Of a stretch of 64,000 nucleotides of DNA, positions 61,293 to 64,000 are shown piece after piece (within the stretch, counting starts at the first letter, position 1; the number at the start of each line of letters is the position of its first letter). The stretch lies in the NCBI GenBank assembly GCA_026914245.1, contig CP110439.1, positions 5,704,001 to 5,768,000 on the forward strand, in the 5' to 3' direction. The translations under genes were made by a program, and so were the position numbers. The notes beneath the pieces were generated by a model. The model did no database searches. It was not told the origin of the DNA and was given only the letters and a program-made list of their open reading frames with translations. This DNA comes from Puccinia triticina (Eukaryota).

Positions 61293-63195
61293 TGTGAAGT
61301 TATGTATACCCATGATTCAGTCTGTGCATGTGTGATTCTTGACATAATCAGAGATAAGGAAAACACAAAGCATCCCCCTCATGTATGTGCTTACATGATG
61401 GGGACATCCAAAAATTCAGGAAGAGGAAAGTCAAGCTGGTGGCATGTAAATTGAGATCACATCCAACTTTGGATGATCCTCCAATATCTTTCTTTGTTCA
61501 GATTGAATGGGCAGTGATTGGATGTAAGAGTCCAGAAGGACTCTTCACTGAGCAGACAGACAACAGGCTGAAGCCTGGAGCAAAAGGTTCTAGGAACCAC
61601 TTATGTTTTTTTATTACTAGCTCAGGAGAGAGGAATCAGCTCTCTCTGTATATACAATGAAGTAGATGAATGAGAAATGGAGAAAAGGAAATAAAGACTT
61701 ACCTAGCTCAGGAGAGAGGAATAAGCTCTCTCTGCTGAGCTAGGAGGGACGCGGGGAATCTGGGACTAAGTAGTGATCTCTGTTGCTGATGTAATCCGGT
61801 CGTGACTAGTTTGTGAACCTCAGTCGGTGGCTGGGGCTTCACAGTCTCCCCCCCTATAAGCCAGAGGGCTGATGATTAGCCTGGTTGAAGGGTTGCGCCC
61901 CCAAAGTCCGCATCTTCCGGGCGACGGTATCGTTTGACCTTTGAGATGTGAAACACTGGATGGCGTTTATCGTTGTCCGGAAGCGCAAGCGTGACGCTTA
62001 GGCCGTTGTTGAAGATTTTGAGTACTTCGTAAGGACCTTCGAATTTCTCCTTCAGTTTGTCAACCCCGGACTGATGTTTTCCTCGCCAGTCTGCCGAATT
62101 GAGGAGCGCTGGATCGCCCACTGCAAGTGGAGGTGCCGCCGAACGATGTTTATTATGCTGTGTGGCCTGCTTGACGCGACTTGTCCATAGAGTGTCTCGT
62201 GCCTCTTCCCACGCGCCCTCCCGTGTCTTGAGCCATTTTTCCAGAGAGGGAACTGCAATGTCCGGATCGTTTGATGTGGGTTGGGTCGGGAACCCTGATG
62301 GTTTGCGGCCGAACAGGAGTTCAAAAGGGCTGAAACCTGTTGCCACGTTGATAGCCGAGTTGATGGCGAATTCCACCGCCGGAAGTGATTCAAGCCATTT
62401 GCTTTGTTGTTTTGCCGTGAAAGTCCTGAGAATTTGACCAATGGTCTTATTTGATCGCTCGCTTCTGCCGTCCGCTTGAGGATGAAAGGCACTTGTCATG
62501 TGAAAGTTGATATTCAGTTTGCTCATCAGAGCTTTCCAGAATCGCGAGGTCCACGTCTTGTCTCTGTCACTAATAACAGTGGAAGGTGCTCCAAATTTCA
62601 ATATCCACCCGGTGAAGAAACGAGACGCGGTTTTCTCTGCCGTATCGGATTGGAGAACTGGGATGATCTGTATGAAACCTGATAGTCGGCAGGTGCACGT
62701 CAAGATCATATCGTAATGGGTCGCTTTACGAAGCGGTCCAACAAAGTCAATGGCGATGTCGGTGAGCGGTAACCGGGGAAATGGTGGCGTCATCATCTTA
62801 CCAGTAGGTGCAGCTGTTGGGGATTTTGTGCGCTGACAGACTTCACAATGCTTGATCAGCTTCCGAATGTTGGCTGACATCCTTGGCCAAAAGAAGTCTT
62901 TACGAAGTCCTTTGTTGTTTTAAGGTAGCCTAGGTGTCCTAATCGAAGGTGTGCCTCTTCAACCAATCTTCTTCGCAGTTGGAAATTTGCTGGAATGACA
63001 AGTCGATCATCGATGAAGAGGAGTCCGTTCTCTTCTCTGCAGTTATCGCGTAGTGGGAGTGCTTTTTGTAGCGCTACACAGAATTGGTCGTGTGGGTAGC
63101 CATCCTTGATAGATCTTTTAAGACCGTCCGACAGTGATGGTCCACACTCCGTCAAGGCCGCTATACAGGCAACTGTTGCCACCTGCGCGACCCCT
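61293..63195 (-). mobile_element. Partial Ty3/gypsy element: integrase, PPT and 3' LTR (61293-61843)
   Basis: AHLRLGHLG..CEVC, IAIDFVGP, ISDRDK, HPQADGRSER and GPY motifs. On the minus strand a purine-rich PPT precedes TGTGAAG; the LTR ends are TGTGAAG/CTTCACA. Frameshift near 62900. Confidence 0.9.
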
Positions 63196-64000
63196 AACTC
63201 CTACTGCTGAAATCCCAGGAGGCACACGCACACAAGCATCGTTACAAGCAGTAAAGCTGTGTGAAGTACACGTCCCACACTCTGTGTCCGTGGTGAAGTG
63301 TCTTGGGAGCACGTCAGGAGCCAAGCATGCAGAAGGTGGCACTTGGGTTACTTCGTCTTTGTGCAGATGCGCTATACTGCGTAATCTGCGTGTAGCAGGA
63401 GGCGTGGTCAAGGAAGTGGGTGGTGCACTGGGCGACAGGGTATGTAGCTGTAAGACCAGACCGGTTGTATTAGTGTTTCCGAGTTCCAGCATCGATGGTT
63501 CTGTTCGCAGATACATAGTGGTGGTTGCTGAGGATGGCAATGGAAGAGCACACTTCGATATAAGGCCTAGTAACAACTCTAGCTTGTTCGCAAAACAGGG
63601 CGGTAGTGAACCTGCAGTGCACAACACTACCGACGGCACTAAGCCAAAAGCGAGAACCATAACTCGCGAACCTATGTTCGAGTGTACCAATGCCGTTGCA
63701 GTCAGAAGTGGAGACTCGCGAAGTGTGACCATCCGGGGTGGACATGAGCACGAGTCTACTAGTGTAGTCACAATGCCTGCTCCGGTGGCGCCAAGACTCA
63801 ACCTTAAATCTTTAACTTTTGACTAGGTTTTAAAAACTTTTAGTCTTGTAATATATTACTGACGGGTCAAAACTCATACCAGGAAGTGACATAGGAGAGA
63901 AAGCTAGCGGCACTAAAGATATGCTGTCTATCACTGGTGGACAAAATCTCATAATGTTTCTAAGACTCACTTCCAGCTCTACCACCATCCATAACCGGAG

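Overview
A TE-dense eukaryotic window with no intact housekeeping gene. It is most likely from a rust fungus (Pucciniales); this is inferred from the element families, the short GT-AG introns and a TET-like gene. It is a nest of transposons whose boundaries can mostly be fixed by TSDs or empty-site comparison. (1) A chromodomain Ty3/gypsy element is interrupted at A^T sites by two Helitrons. One is a complete 14.3-kb TC...CTAG element (4445-18728) with a decayed Rep/Pif1-helicase gene and several intron-containing accessory genes. (2) A second copy of the gypsy internal region follows directly after the same LTR. (3) A TET/JBP-like dioxygenase pseudogene is split by two solo LTRs, one carrying a 5.6-kb Helitron that itself carries a hAT-like MITE. 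(4) There is a full-length decayed Ty1/copia element, several solo LTRs, palindromic satellites, a tRNA-like sequence and a partial minus-strand gypsy. Highlights: two accessory genes recur as diverged homologues in the same order on the minus strand (52.7-59 kb), suggesting a conserved Helitron accessory cassette, possibly OB-fold/ssDNA-binding. Three diverged solo LTRs with 4-bp (C/A)CGG-type TSDs all keep an 87-88-nt box C/box D (kink-turn/snoRNA-like) module. All five Helitron 3' ends share a GCGGC-GNA-GCCGC triloop hairpin.
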